From Acidimicrobiales bacterium (GTDB lineage Bacteria > Actinomycetota > Acidimicrobiia > Acidimicrobiales > CADCSY01), in contig JBPCJK010000062.1 of NCBI GenBank assembly GCA_051005375.1, positions 1 to 43,443 on the forward strand: a DNA stretch of 43,443 bases. Reading direction: 5' to 3'. Position 1 is the first letter of the stretch, and every line of letters starts with the position of its first letter. The notes under the pieces are model-generated. The model saw only the letters and a program-made list of their open reading frames with translations. It made no database searches and was not told the DNA's origin. The translations under genes were made by a program, and so were the position numbers. This document shows positions 8,351-16,917 of this stretch, in pieces.

Positions 8351-9682
8351 TTGGCACCCCGATCGGGTGGCGCTGCCAGCACCCCTGGTCGGGAGTGGTC
8401 CTACCTCGACGCCATGGCCTACCTCGACGGCCACGTCGACCTCGAGGCCCTGGCCGCCGGACGGTTCGAAGCACCCTCCCTGGAGCGCATGGCGACGTTG
8501 TCGGCGCTCATGGCCGATCCCCAGCACGCCCAGCCGGTGGTCCACATCACCGGGACCAACGGCAAGGGGTCGACGGCGAGGATGGTCACCGCCATCCTCG
8601 CCGCCCACGGCCTCACCGTGGGCACATACACCAGCCCCGACCTGGTCCGCGTCAACGAGCGGTTGTCCCGCAACGGCCAGCCCATCGACGACGCTGAGCT
8701 CACTGAGGCGGTCGCCGGCGTGGCCCAGGTGGAGGCGCTGTCCGGCACCCACCTCTCCCGCTTCGAGATCCTCACCCTGGCCGCCTTACGCTGGTTCGCT
8801 GACGCCGCCGTTGACGCGGCCGTGGTGGAGGTGGGAATGGGCGGCCGCTGGGATGCGACCAACGTGGTCGACGCCGCGGTGGCTGTGGTCACCAACGTCG
8901 GCCTCGACCACACCGGTGTCCTCGGTCCTACCCGGGCCGACATCGCCGCTGAGAAGGCGGGCATCGTCAAGCCGGGCTGCACCCTCGTGCTGGGCGAGAC
9001 CGACCCCGAGTTGGCCCGGATCTTCGAAGGCGCCGGCCCGGCGGCCGTCTGGCGGCGCCACGAGGACTTCGACTGCGTCGCCAACGAACTGGCGGTGGGG
9101 GGCCGGCTCATCGACCTCCGGACCCCCGGCCGGACCTACGAGGACATCTTCCTGCCCCTACACGGCGCCCACCAGGGTGAAAACGCCGCCGCCGCCGCCG
9201 CCGCCGCCGCGGCTTTCTTCGCCCGTCCGGTAGCCGACGACGTCCTGCGGGAGGCCTTGGCCTCGGTGACGGCGCCCGGGCGCTTCGAGATCGTGGGTCG
9301 CCATCCTCTGGTCGTGCTCGACGGCGCCCACAACCCCGACGGCTGCCGGGCGGCGGCGATCACCCTCGATGACTTCGCTCCCGGAGGCGAGCGGATCCTG
9401 GTCGTGGGGGCGAACCGAGGCCGCTCCGTCGAGGAGATGCTCGATGCCCTCGGCGCCGGCCAGGCCCGCCTGGTGGTTGCCTGCGCCGCCGACTGGGCCC
9501 AGGCGGTGCCGGCCGAGGAGATCGCCACCACGGCCCGGGCGATCGGGGCCGAGGTCGAGGTGGTGCCGGCGGTGGTCGACGCCCTAGAGCGGGCCCTGGC
9601 CGTCGCCTCGGCGGACGATGTCGTGCTGGTCACCGGCTCGCTCTACGTGGTCGGCGCCGCCCGTGCCGCCCTCGTTGGCTGA
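8351..9682 (+). CDS. folC: bifunctional folylpolyglutamate synthase / dihydrofolate synthase
   Basis: Mur-ligase P-loop HITGTNGKGST, DGAHNP, and the conserved N-terminal SYLDAMAYL are present. The start is uncertain: TTG 8351 or ATG 8414. The longer ORF from 8168 overlaps the previous gene and is unlikely. Confidence 0.9.
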   Translation: MAPRSGGAASTPGREWSYLDAMAYLDGHVDLEALAAGRFEAPSLERMATLSALMADPQHAQPVVHITGTNGKGSTARMVTAILAAHGLTVGTYTSPDLVRVNERLSRNGQPIDDAELTEAVAGVAQVEALSGTHLSRFEILTLAALRWFADAAVDAAVVEVGMGGRWDATNVVDAAVAVVTNVGLDHTGVLGPTRADIAAEKAGIVKPGCTLVLGETDPELARIFEGAGPAAVWRRHEDFDCVANELAVGGRLIDLRTPGRTYEDIFLPLHGAHQGENAAAAAAAAAAFFARPVADDVLREALASVTAPGRFEIVGRHPLVVLDGAHNPDGCRAAAITLDDFAPGGERILVVGANRGRSVEEMLDALGAGQARLVVACAADWAQAVPAEEIATTARAIGAEVEVVPAVVDALERALAVASADDVVLVTGSLYVVGAARAALVG

Positions 9683-9763
9683 GGCCCACCCCACCCCTCT
9701 TGTCCACGTGGGCTGACGGTGTGGAGGGTGTGGTGCGGAGGGGCTGGCTAACCTGTCCCGGCT

Positions 9764-10177
9764 ATGGCCCGCACCCTGGTGATCTGCAAACCCGATGCCG
9801 TGGAGCGGGGGTTGGCCGGAGAGATCCTCGGTCGGCTGGAGCGCAAGGGGCTTGTCCTGGTCGCCGCCGAGCTCCGCGCCATCAGCGACGACGTTGCCCG
9901 TCGCCACTACGCCGAGCACGAGGGCAAGCCCTTCTTCGCCGACCTGGTGGCCTTCATCACCCGCACCCCAGCCCTTCTCCTGGTGGTCGAAGGGCCAGGA
10001 GAGGAGACCTGGAGGGTGGTGCGAACCCTCATGGGCCCCACGGACCCGGCCCAGGCGCCACCGGGGACCATCCGGGGTGACCTCGGGCTCCGGCTCACGG
10101 AGAACCTGGTCCACGGCTCCGATGCGCCTGAGTCGGCGGCCCGGGAGATCGAACTATTCTTCCCCGGGCTGGGCTGA
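9764..10177 (+). CDS. ndk: nucleoside-diphosphate kinase
   Basis: 137 aa. It reads TLVICKPDAVERGL and has the catalytic His context NLVHGSD. Confidence 0.95.
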   Translation: MARTLVICKPDAVERGLAGEILGRLERKGLVLVAAELRAISDDVARRHYAEHEGKPFFADLVAFITRTPALLLVVEGPGEETWRVVRTLMGPTDPAQAPPGTIRGDLGLRLTENLVHGSDAPESAAREIELFFPGLG

Positions 10178-10282
10178 GCCGCCCACGGCGGGGAACCATC
10201 CCAATCGGCCCTAGGCTTGTGGCTGCCGGCGGCTGGCCCCTACTCTGGCCCTGTCGCCCTCCCGGCTCGGAGGCTTGTTCGC

Positions 10283-11320
10283 ATGTCCGACAACATCTTC
10301 TCCAACGTCATGGGTCGCGACATGGCGGTCGACTTGGGAACGGCCAATACCCTCGTCTACGTCCGCGGCCGCGGCATCGTCCTCAACGAGCCTTCCGTGG
10401 TCGCCATCAACATCAAGGACGGTCGCCCGGTGGCGGTGGGCACCGAGGCCAAGCGCATGCTCGGGCGCACGCCGGCCCACATCCAGGCCATCCGCCCCCT
10501 CAAGGACGGCGTCATAGCTGACTTCGAGATCTGCGAGAAGATGCTGCGCTACTTCATCCACAAGGTGCACCAGCGCCGGTGGGTCAAGCCCCGCATGGTC
10601 ATCTGTGTGCCCTCGGGGATCACCGGGGTCGAGCAGCGGGCGGTGCAGGAGGCGGCCGAGTTCGCCGGCGCCCGCAAGCCCGCCTACATCATCGAAGAGC
10701 CCATGGCCGCCGCCATCGGCGCCGGGCTGCCGGTCCAGGAGCCGACGGGCAACATGATCGTCGACATCGGGGGCGGGACCACCGAGGTGGCGGTCATCTC
10801 CCTCGGCGGCATAGTGGCCAGCCAGTCGGTGCGGGTCGGCGGCGACGAGCTCGACGACGCCATCCTCCAGTTCATCAAGAAGGAGTACAGCGTCGCTCTC
10901 GGCGAGCGCACGGCCGAGGAGGTCAAGATCACGCTCGGCTCGGCCTGGCCCCTCGAGGAAGAGCTGACCGCCGAGATCCGGGGCCGCGACCTCGTGACCG
11001 GCCTGCCCAAGACCATCCTCACCTCCACCCAGGAGATCCGGGAGGCGCTGGAGGAGCCGGTGTCGTCGATGGTCGACGCCGTCAAGGTCACCCTCGACAA
11101 GACCCCGCCGGAACTTGCCGCCGACATCATGGAGCGGGGCATCGTCATCACCGGCGGCGGGGCGTTGCTGTTGGGCCTGAGCGAACGGCTCCAGGCCGAG
11201 ACGGGCATGCCCATAACGGTGGCTCCCAACCCCCTGCAGTCCGTGGCCATGGGCTCGGGCCAGTCTCTGGAGGAGTTCGAGGCGCTCAAGGGCGTCCTCT
11301 TTTCATCGAGCCAACACTGA
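10283..11320 (+). CDS. mreB: rod shape-determining protein MreB
   Basis: Actin-fold motifs are present: MAVDLGTANTLVYV, PLKDGVIADF, IVDIGGGTTEVAV, VITGGGALL. ATG 10283 is chosen within the longer ORF from 10217. Confidence 0.95.
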   Translation: MSDNIFSNVMGRDMAVDLGTANTLVYVRGRGIVLNEPSVVAINIKDGRPVAVGTEAKRMLGRTPAHIQAIRPLKDGVIADFEICEKMLRYFIHKVHQRRWVKPRMVICVPSGITGVEQRAVQEAAEFAGARKPAYIIEEPMAAAIGAGLPVQEPTGNMIVDIGGGTTEVAVISLGGIVASQSVRVGGDELDDAILQFIKKEYSVALGERTAEEVKITLGSAWPLEEELTAEIRGRDLVTGLPKTILTSTQEIREALEEPVSSMVDAVKVTLDKTPPELAADIMERGIVITGGGALLLGLSERLQAETGMPITVAPNPLQSVAMGSGQSLEEFEALKGVLFSSSQH

Positions 11321-11334
11321 CGGCGGTCTGAGCT

Positions 11335-12180
11335 GTGGCTCTCTCCCGGCGCGGCGGCCGTTCCCGTCTCACCTTGGTGTTCCTGATCCTGACGTCGATC
11401 ACCGTGATCACCCTCGACTTCAGGGGCGGCGGCACCGGGTTGATCGGCTCGGTACGCGACGGCGCCGCCGACGCTCTGTCGCCGGTGCGTTCGGCGGCGG
11501 CAGCGGTCCTCTCGCCCGTGGGCGACGCCCTGGCCGGGATCACCGACTACGGTGACCTCGAGGGCGAGAACGCTCGCCTCCGGGCCCAGATCGCCGATCT
11601 GCAGGGCAACGACCTGCGGGGCGAGGACGCCGAGGCGGAGCTGTCCGACGCCCTCGGCCTGCTCGGCCTCGACTTCGCCGGCGACATCCCTCGGGTGGGC
11701 GCCAGGGTCGTGTCCACCCCCGTGTCCAACTTCGAGCAGACCATAGAGCTCGACCAGGGCGCCGACGACGGCATCGCCGTCGACATGCCGGTGGTCTCCG
11801 GTGACGGTCTGGTGGGCAGGGTCGTGCACGTCTCGGGGAAGCGCTCGGTGGTGCGCCTGGTGACCGACGGCGCCTCGGCCGTCGGCGTGCGCCTGTCGAG
11901 GTCGGGGGAGGTGGCCGTGGCCCAGGGCGAAGGACCGGCCAAGCCGCTCTCGCTCGACTTCGTCGATGCCGGTGTCGACGTGGCGCCCCTCGAGCTGGTG
12001 GTCACCAGTGGCCTGGACGAGAGCGTATTCCCGCCGGGCATCCCCGTGGGCCGGGTGCGCAAGGCCACCGGTGGATCAGGCCAGTTCCAGCAGCAGGTGG
12101 AGGTCCACCCCGTCGCCGACCTTGCCCGGCTGCGCCTGGTGAGCGTCCTGCAGACCTCTCCTGTCGTACTCGGCCGGTGA
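11335..12180 (+). CDS. mreC: rod shape-determining protein MreC
   Basis: There is an N-terminal TM segment (LTLVFLILTSITVITL), a coiled coil (LEGENARLRAQIADLQ) and a beta-rich C-terminal part. It sits between mreB and mreD. Confidence 0.85.
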   Translation: MALSRRGGRSRLTLVFLILTSITVITLDFRGGGTGLIGSVRDGAADALSPVRSAAAAVLSPVGDALAGITDYGDLEGENARLRAQIADLQGNDLRGEDAEAELSDALGLLGLDFAGDIPRVGARVVSTPVSNFEQTIELDQGADDGIAVDMPVVSGDGLVGRVVHVSGKRSVVRLVTDGASAVGVRLSRSGEVAVAQGEGPAKPLSLDFVDAGVDVAPLELVVTSGLDESVFPPGIPVGRVRKATGGSGQFQQQVEVHPVADLARLRLVSVLQTSPVVLGR

Positions 12181-12683
12181 CGACCGCCACTCGCTTGCCG
12201 CCGGTGCTGCTCCTGGCGGTGGTCCTGCACACTGCGGTCCTGCCGGAACTGCGAGTCTTCGGTGTGGCCGCCGATCTGCTCCTGTTGGTGGGCATCGTCG
12301 CCGGGATCGCCAGTGGGGCCGACCGGGGCGCCGCCGTCGGATTCGTCGCCGGGCTGCTCGCCGACTGCTTCCTCCAGACCCCGTTCGGGCTTTCGGCCCT
12401 GGCCTACAGCCTGGTCGGCTACGGCGTGGGCGCCTTCCAGTCGACCATCCTGCACACCGGCCGCTGGATCCCGGTCCTCACCGCCATGGTGGCCAGCGCC
12501 CTCGGAGTGTTGACCTTCGCCGCCATCGGCTCGGTGCTGGGCCAGGACCAACTCGTCTCCGCCCGCCTGGCGACGGTGGCGGGCGTGGTGGCGGTGTTCA
12601 ACGGCCTGTTGTGCTGGCCGGTGCTGCGGGTGATGCGGTGGGCCATCGCCCCCAGCCTCGTGGCTCGCACCGCCCTGCGATGA
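12177..12683 (+). CDS. mreD: rod shape-determining protein MreD
   Basis: 168-aa polytopic membrane protein. It overlaps mreC by GTGA. The call is largely positional. Confidence 0.75.
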   Translation: MTTATRLPPVLLLAVVLHTAVLPELRVFGVAADLLLLVGIVAGIASGADRGAAVGFVAGLLADCFLQTPFGLSALAYSLVGYGVGAFQSTILHTGRWIPVLTAMVASALGVLTFAAIGSVLGQDQLVSARLATVAGVVAVFNGLLCWPVLRVMRWAIAPSLVARTALR

Positions 12684-12714
12684 CTGCTGCGAACCGCCGA
12701 GCGGTGGGCCGACC

Positions 12715-14619
12715 ATGACCGCCGACAACTCCCGGCTGCGGCTGGGGATCGTGGCCGTGGTGGCAGTGTCGTTGTTCGCCGCCCTCTTCGCCCGCCTGTG
12801 GTTCCTCCAGGTACTTACCGCCGGGGAGCACGAGCTGGCGGCCGAGCGCAACCAGCAACGGGTCATCCCATTGGCCGCGCCGCGGGGGCGGATCCTCGAT
12901 CGCGACGGGGCGGTCCTGGTCGCCAACCGGGCCTCCAACGTGGTCACCGTCGACCGATCGGCCCTGGCCAGGATGGACAAGGCCGACCGGGACGACCTGG
13001 TCCAGCGCCTGGCCGCCGCCCTCGACAAGCCTCCGTTGATGTTGCTCCAGCGCCTCGACGACCGGAGCCTGGGACCGTTCACCCCGGTACCCGTGGCCGA
13101 GGACGTGCCCGAGGACGTGCTGGTGGAGCTGCGGGAGCGCCAAGCTGAGTTCCCCGGGGTCGAGGCCCGGCAGTTGGCGGTGCGGGCGTACCCGTTCGAC
13201 ACCCTCGCCGCCCACGTCCTCGGCTACGTGGGGGAAATCAACGCCGAGGAGCTCAAGGCCAAGGGCGTCCCCTACCGGCCCGGGTCCCAGATCGGTAAGG
13301 ACGGCATCGAGTCCGCCTTCGAGGCCGATCTTCGGGGCATGGACGGAGAGGTCGTCCTCGAGGTCGACGCAAGGGGCAACCCTGTCCGCCAGATCAGCCG
13401 GCGCGATCCCGTCCAAGGCGACGACGTGGTGCTGTCCATCGACGTGGAGGCCCAGCGCACGGCCGAGGCGGCTCTGGCCCAGGGCATGGACAGGGCGCCG
13501 GGTGACGCCAGCGCCGGGGCTTCGGCGGTGGCCCTCGACGTCAAGGAGGGGACGGTGGCGGCCATGGCGTCGTGGCCCACCTTCTCGCCTGCGGACTTCG
13601 TCTACGGCATCGGCAGCCAGCGCTTCGCCGAGCTCAACGACCCGGCCCAGGGCACCCCCTTCGTCAACCGGGCCGTCCAGGGCCAGTACGCCCCAGGTTC
13701 CACCTGGAAGCTGGTGACGGCCATGGCCGGCCTGGAGTCGGGGCTCATCACCCCCGAGACGGTGGTCAACGACACCGGCACCTACGTCATCCCCAACTGC
13801 TCCCGCGGCTGCGGGAGGCGAAACGCCGGCGGCGCCGCCTACGGCCCGGTGGCCCTCAGCCGGGCCCTCACCGTGTCCAGCGACGTGTTCTTCTACTCAA
13901 TGGGCGCCGACCTGTGGGACCGCCGAGAGCAGTTCGGGGAAACCGCCATCCAGGACAAGGCGTCCGACCTGGGTTTTGGGACCAAGACGGGTGTGGGTCT
14001 GCCCTCCGAGGCCGCCGGCCGGCTGTCCACCCCTGGGTCACGAGCGCAGCTCAACCAGCAGAACCCGGTGGCCTTCCCCGAGGGGACGTGGCGGGTGGGC
14101 GACAACGTCAACCTGGCCATCGGCCAGGGGGAGCTCACCGTGACCCCGGTCCAGCTGGCCAACGCCTACGCCACCTTCGCCACCGGGGGCACCCGCTACC
14201 AGCCCAACCTGGCCCTGAGGGTCCAGCGCCAGGACGGGACCCTGGTCCGGGTGATCGCCCCCCGCATCGCCGCCCACACGGAGATCCCCGCCGAGGTGCG
14301 CTCGCCCATCCTCACCGGCCTGGTCGGAGTCACCCAGGACCCCAAGGGCACCGCCTTCAACGCCTTCGAGGGCTTCCCCCAGGCCCTGTACCCGGTGGCC
14401 GGCAAGACCGGCACGGCCCAGGTCAGCGGAGGCAAGCGGGACACCGCCCTGTTCGCCGCCATCGCCCCTGCCTACGACCCCCGCTACGCCGTGGCCGTGG
14501 TCATGGAGCAGGGGGGCTTCGGCGCCACCTCCGCCGCCCCGGTCGCCCGCCGGCTCCTCGGTACCCTCTCCGGCGTGGAGCAGCCCACCCCGGTCCAGTT
14601 GGCGGCGGGGAGGGACTAG
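12715..14619 (+). CDS. mrdA: penicillin-binding protein 2 (elongasome transpeptidase)
   Basis: N-terminal TM segment, SxxK (STWK), SxD (SSD) and KTG (GKTGTAQ) are present. It is located between mreD and rodA. Confidence 0.92.
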   Translation: MTADNSRLRLGIVAVVAVSLFAALFARLWFLQVLTAGEHELAAERNQQRVIPLAAPRGRILDRDGAVLVANRASNVVTVDRSALARMDKADRDDLVQRLAAALDKPPLMLLQRLDDRSLGPFTPVPVAEDVPEDVLVELRERQAEFPGVEARQLAVRAYPFDTLAAHVLGYVGEINAEELKAKGVPYRPGSQIGKDGIESAFEADLRGMDGEVVLEVDARGNPVRQISRRDPVQGDDVVLSIDVEAQRTAEAALAQGMDRAPGDASAGASAVALDVKEGTVAAMASWPTFSPADFVYGIGSQRFAELNDPAQGTPFVNRAVQGQYAPGSTWKLVTAMAGLESGLITPETVVNDTGTYVIPNCSRGCGRRNAGGAAYGPVALSRALTVSSDVFFYSMGADLWDRREQFGETAIQDKASDLGFGTKTGVGLPSEAAGRLSTPGSRAQLNQQNPVAFPEGTWRVGDNVNLAIGQGELTVTPVQLANAYATFATGGTRYQPNLALRVQRQDGTLVRVIAPRIAAHTEIPAEVRSPILTGLVGVTQDPKGTAFNAFEGFPQALYPVAGKTGTAQVSGGKRDTALFAAIAPAYDPRYAVAVVMEQGGFGATSAAPVARRLLGTLSGVEQPTPVQLAAGRD

Positions 14620-14623
14620 GGCA

Positions 14624-15781
14624 ATGACCACCACCGTGCTTCCCCGGGGTCTGGGCGACCGCCTGAGGCGGGATCCGGCGGCGCCGTGGCGTCACCTCGA
14701 CTGGCCCCTGGTGGGCGCCACCCTGGCCGTGGCCGGGCTGAGCTGCTTGATGGTCTTCTCCGCCACCCGGATGAGCATGGCCGACGCCGGCCTCGACCCT
14801 TACACTTACCTGAAGCGCCAGGCGACCTTCGTCGGCATCGGGTTGGTGGTGATGGCGGTGGTGGTGGCCATCGACTACCGCAGCTTCCGGGACTTCGGGC
14901 CGCTCGGCTACCTCACCTGCCTGGTGCTGCTGGTGCTGGTGATCTCGCCACTCGGCACCGTGGTCAACGGCTCCAAGTCGTGGTTCTCCATAGGGTCGTT
15001 CCAGCTCCAGCCGGCAGAGTTCACCAAGTTGGTGGTCATCGTGGTGATGGCCACGTGCTGCTCGTCGGTACGCGGCCACCTCGACCGCCGCCGCTTAGGC
15101 ATCTGCATGGCGGTGGCAGGCGTGCCCGCCGGCCTGGTCCTGCTCCAACCCGACCTGGGCAGCATGCTGGTGTTGGTCACCATCGGCCTGGGCGTGGTGG
15201 TGGTGGCCGGGGCTCGTCCCAGCCACCTCCTCGTGCTGGTCGCCGTCGGGGTGCTGGCCGTGTTCGCCATGTTCCGTTTCGACAAGGTCGACAGCTACCA
15301 GCGGGACCGGCTCACCGACTTCGCCCGGTCGTCCAGCGACGGCAGCGCCCAGTCGGGCTTCCAGTCGGAACAGGCGGAGACGGCCATCGGCGCCGGAGGC
15401 CTGTTCGGCGCCGGGCTGTACGAGGGCACCCAGACCAAGCTGGGCTTCGTCCCTGAGCAGCAGACCGATTTCATCTTTACCGTGGTGGGGGAGGAGCTCG
15501 GCTTCGCGGGATCAGCGACGCTGCTGGTCCTCTACGGCGTGATCGTGTTCCGGGTGTGGCGGACGGCGCAGCTGGCCAAGGATCTGTTCGGCACGCTGTT
15601 GTGCGTCGGGGTGCTCACCATGGTGCTGTTCCAGGTGTTCGAGAACATGGGCATGAGCATGGGCATCATGCCCATCACCGGCTTACCTCTCCCGCTCATG
15701 TCCTACGGGGGATCCTCGATGCTGACCACCCTTGCCGCCATCGGCCTGGTGCTCAACGTCCACATGCGCCGGTTCAAGTAG
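14624..15781 (+). CDS. rodA: SEDS-family peptidoglycan polymerase RodA
   Basis: 385-aa polytopic FtsW/RodA/SpoVE-type protein (FQLQPAEFTKL, TDFIFTVVGEELGF, GLPLPLMSYGGSS). It follows mrdA. Confidence 0.9.
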   Translation: MTTTVLPRGLGDRLRRDPAAPWRHLDWPLVGATLAVAGLSCLMVFSATRMSMADAGLDPYTYLKRQATFVGIGLVVMAVVVAIDYRSFRDFGPLGYLTCLVLLVLVISPLGTVVNGSKSWFSIGSFQLQPAEFTKLVVIVVMATCCSSVRGHLDRRRLGICMAVAGVPAGLVLLQPDLGSMLVLVTIGLGVVVVAGARPSHLLVLVAVGVLAVFAMFRFDKVDSYQRDRLTDFARSSSDGSAQSGFQSEQAETAIGAGGLFGAGLYEGTQTKLGFVPEQQTDFIFTVVGEELGFAGSATLLVLYGVIVFRVWRTAQLAKDLFGTLLCVGVLTMVLFQVFENMGMSMGIMPITGLPLPLMSYGGSSMLTTLAAIGLVLNVHMRRFK

Positions 15782-16775
15782 TCAGAGACGACCCGGAGGT
15801 CCCCTGCTCCGGGTGCACGGTGTGCTCCAGGAGGGTGATCTGGTGGGAGAGCTGGTCGATCATGTCGATGGCGCCGCCGAGGCCGCGGCTCAGGGCCTCA
15901 TTGCGGGAGCCCATCTGGTCCAGCACCTGCGAGGTCCGTGCCTGCTCGAGCGATGCCAGGCGGAGAGGCACATCGTCCAAGCGCTCCTGCAGGGCGTGGA
16001 CGTGGGCGGCAAGCTGATCCAGCCGTTCCAGCGCTTCGCTCGCCCTGTCACCGTCGGCCGCCGCCTTCTCCAGGGAGTCCAGCCGGTCGGGCACCTCCTT
16101 GATCAAGGCCGCCTGGGTGGAGAGCCGGTCAAGGCGCTTGGTGACGCTGGTCAGGAGCCTCTCGGAGGGCGGGGCTCCGGCCTGCTCCAGCGCCTCGACC
16201 TTCTTCACCACCTCAGCCATGGGGGCCAGGTTGGCTCGAACCTCCTCGAGGCCCTGCCCGAAGTCGGCGAGCGCGGGTTCGATGGCCGACAACCCGCCGG
16301 CCACCTCCTCCAGCGCCGCCACTCGCTCCGCGAACGCTTTCAGCGCCGCCACATCAGCCGATTGCTGCTGAGCGGAGCTGATGAGGCCGGCCAAGGCCTT
16401 CTCTACTGCGCCGAGTCGTCCCTGGGCTCCTTCGACCGCCACCATTCGCTTGGGTACAGCTTGGAGGGGGCCGACCTGGGCCGACAGCCGGTCGAGGTGG
16501 GCCATCATCCGCTCCGACCCCTTGACCAGTTCGGTGACAACCTTGGCCGGCGGAGCCTCGGCCACCGAGCGTTCCAGGGCGTCCAGGCGCTCCGGCACCG
16601 ACTCCATCGTGGCTACCTTACTGGACAACCGTTCGAGGGTCTGGGCCATGGCCGTGAGCATCTGGTGGATGGCGCCGTCCCGTCCATTGGCCGCTTCCAG
16701 TGCGTCCACCCGCGCGGCCACGTCGTCCAGGATCGTCACCCGCTCATCTCGGTAAGGGGCGGGTGGTCGCACCAT
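15774..16775 (-). CDS. hypothetical coiled-coil repeat protein
   Basis: 333-aa ORF with about six units of roughly 40-47 aa, each beginning V-P-x-R-L-D/A-x-L-E (VPERLDALE, VPKRMVAVE, VPDRLDSLE, VPLRLASLE, VAARVDALE, VKKVEALE). It is helix-rich, has no TM segment, and no family was recognised. Confidence 0.65.
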   Translation of the reverse strand: MVRPPAPYRDERVTILDDVAARVDALEAANGRDGAIHQMLTAMAQTLERLSSKVATMESVPERLDALERSVAEAPPAKVVTELVKGSERMMAHLDRLSAQVGPLQAVPKRMVAVEGAQGRLGAVEKALAGLISSAQQQSADVAALKAFAERVAALEEVAGGLSAIEPALADFGQGLEEVRANLAPMAEVVKKVEALEQAGAPPSERLLTSVTKRLDRLSTQAALIKEVPDRLDSLEKAAADGDRASEALERLDQLAAHVHALQERLDDVPLRLASLEQARTSQVLDQMGSRNEALSRGLGGAIDMIDQLSHQITLLEHTVHPEQGTSGSSLTT

Positions 16776-16917
16776 CGGTGATCTGCGGCCTGAAGTGGAG
16801 ACGCCAACCCATCCCCGGGGATGTTAGCGAGGTGCTCGAGGGGCGCCGGACACCTTCGGCCTGGTCATCGCCGGCCGGGAAGCCGCCGAGTCGGGCTCCG
16901 GTAACATCGGAGGGATC

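Noticed and set aside
6141-8474. Very long ORFs lie antisense to or out of frame with the called genes. Examples: 777 aa at 6141..8474 (-), 641 aa at 17071..18996 (-), 551 aa at 11547..13202 (-), 508 aa at 31360..32886 (-), 498 aa at 18848..20344 (-), 374 aa at 3727..4851 (-).
   Set aside because: Their translations are Arg/Pro/Gly/Ala-rich low-complexity strings with no motifs. They lie opposite genes with unambiguous family signatures. Stop-poor shadow frames are expected at this GC content.
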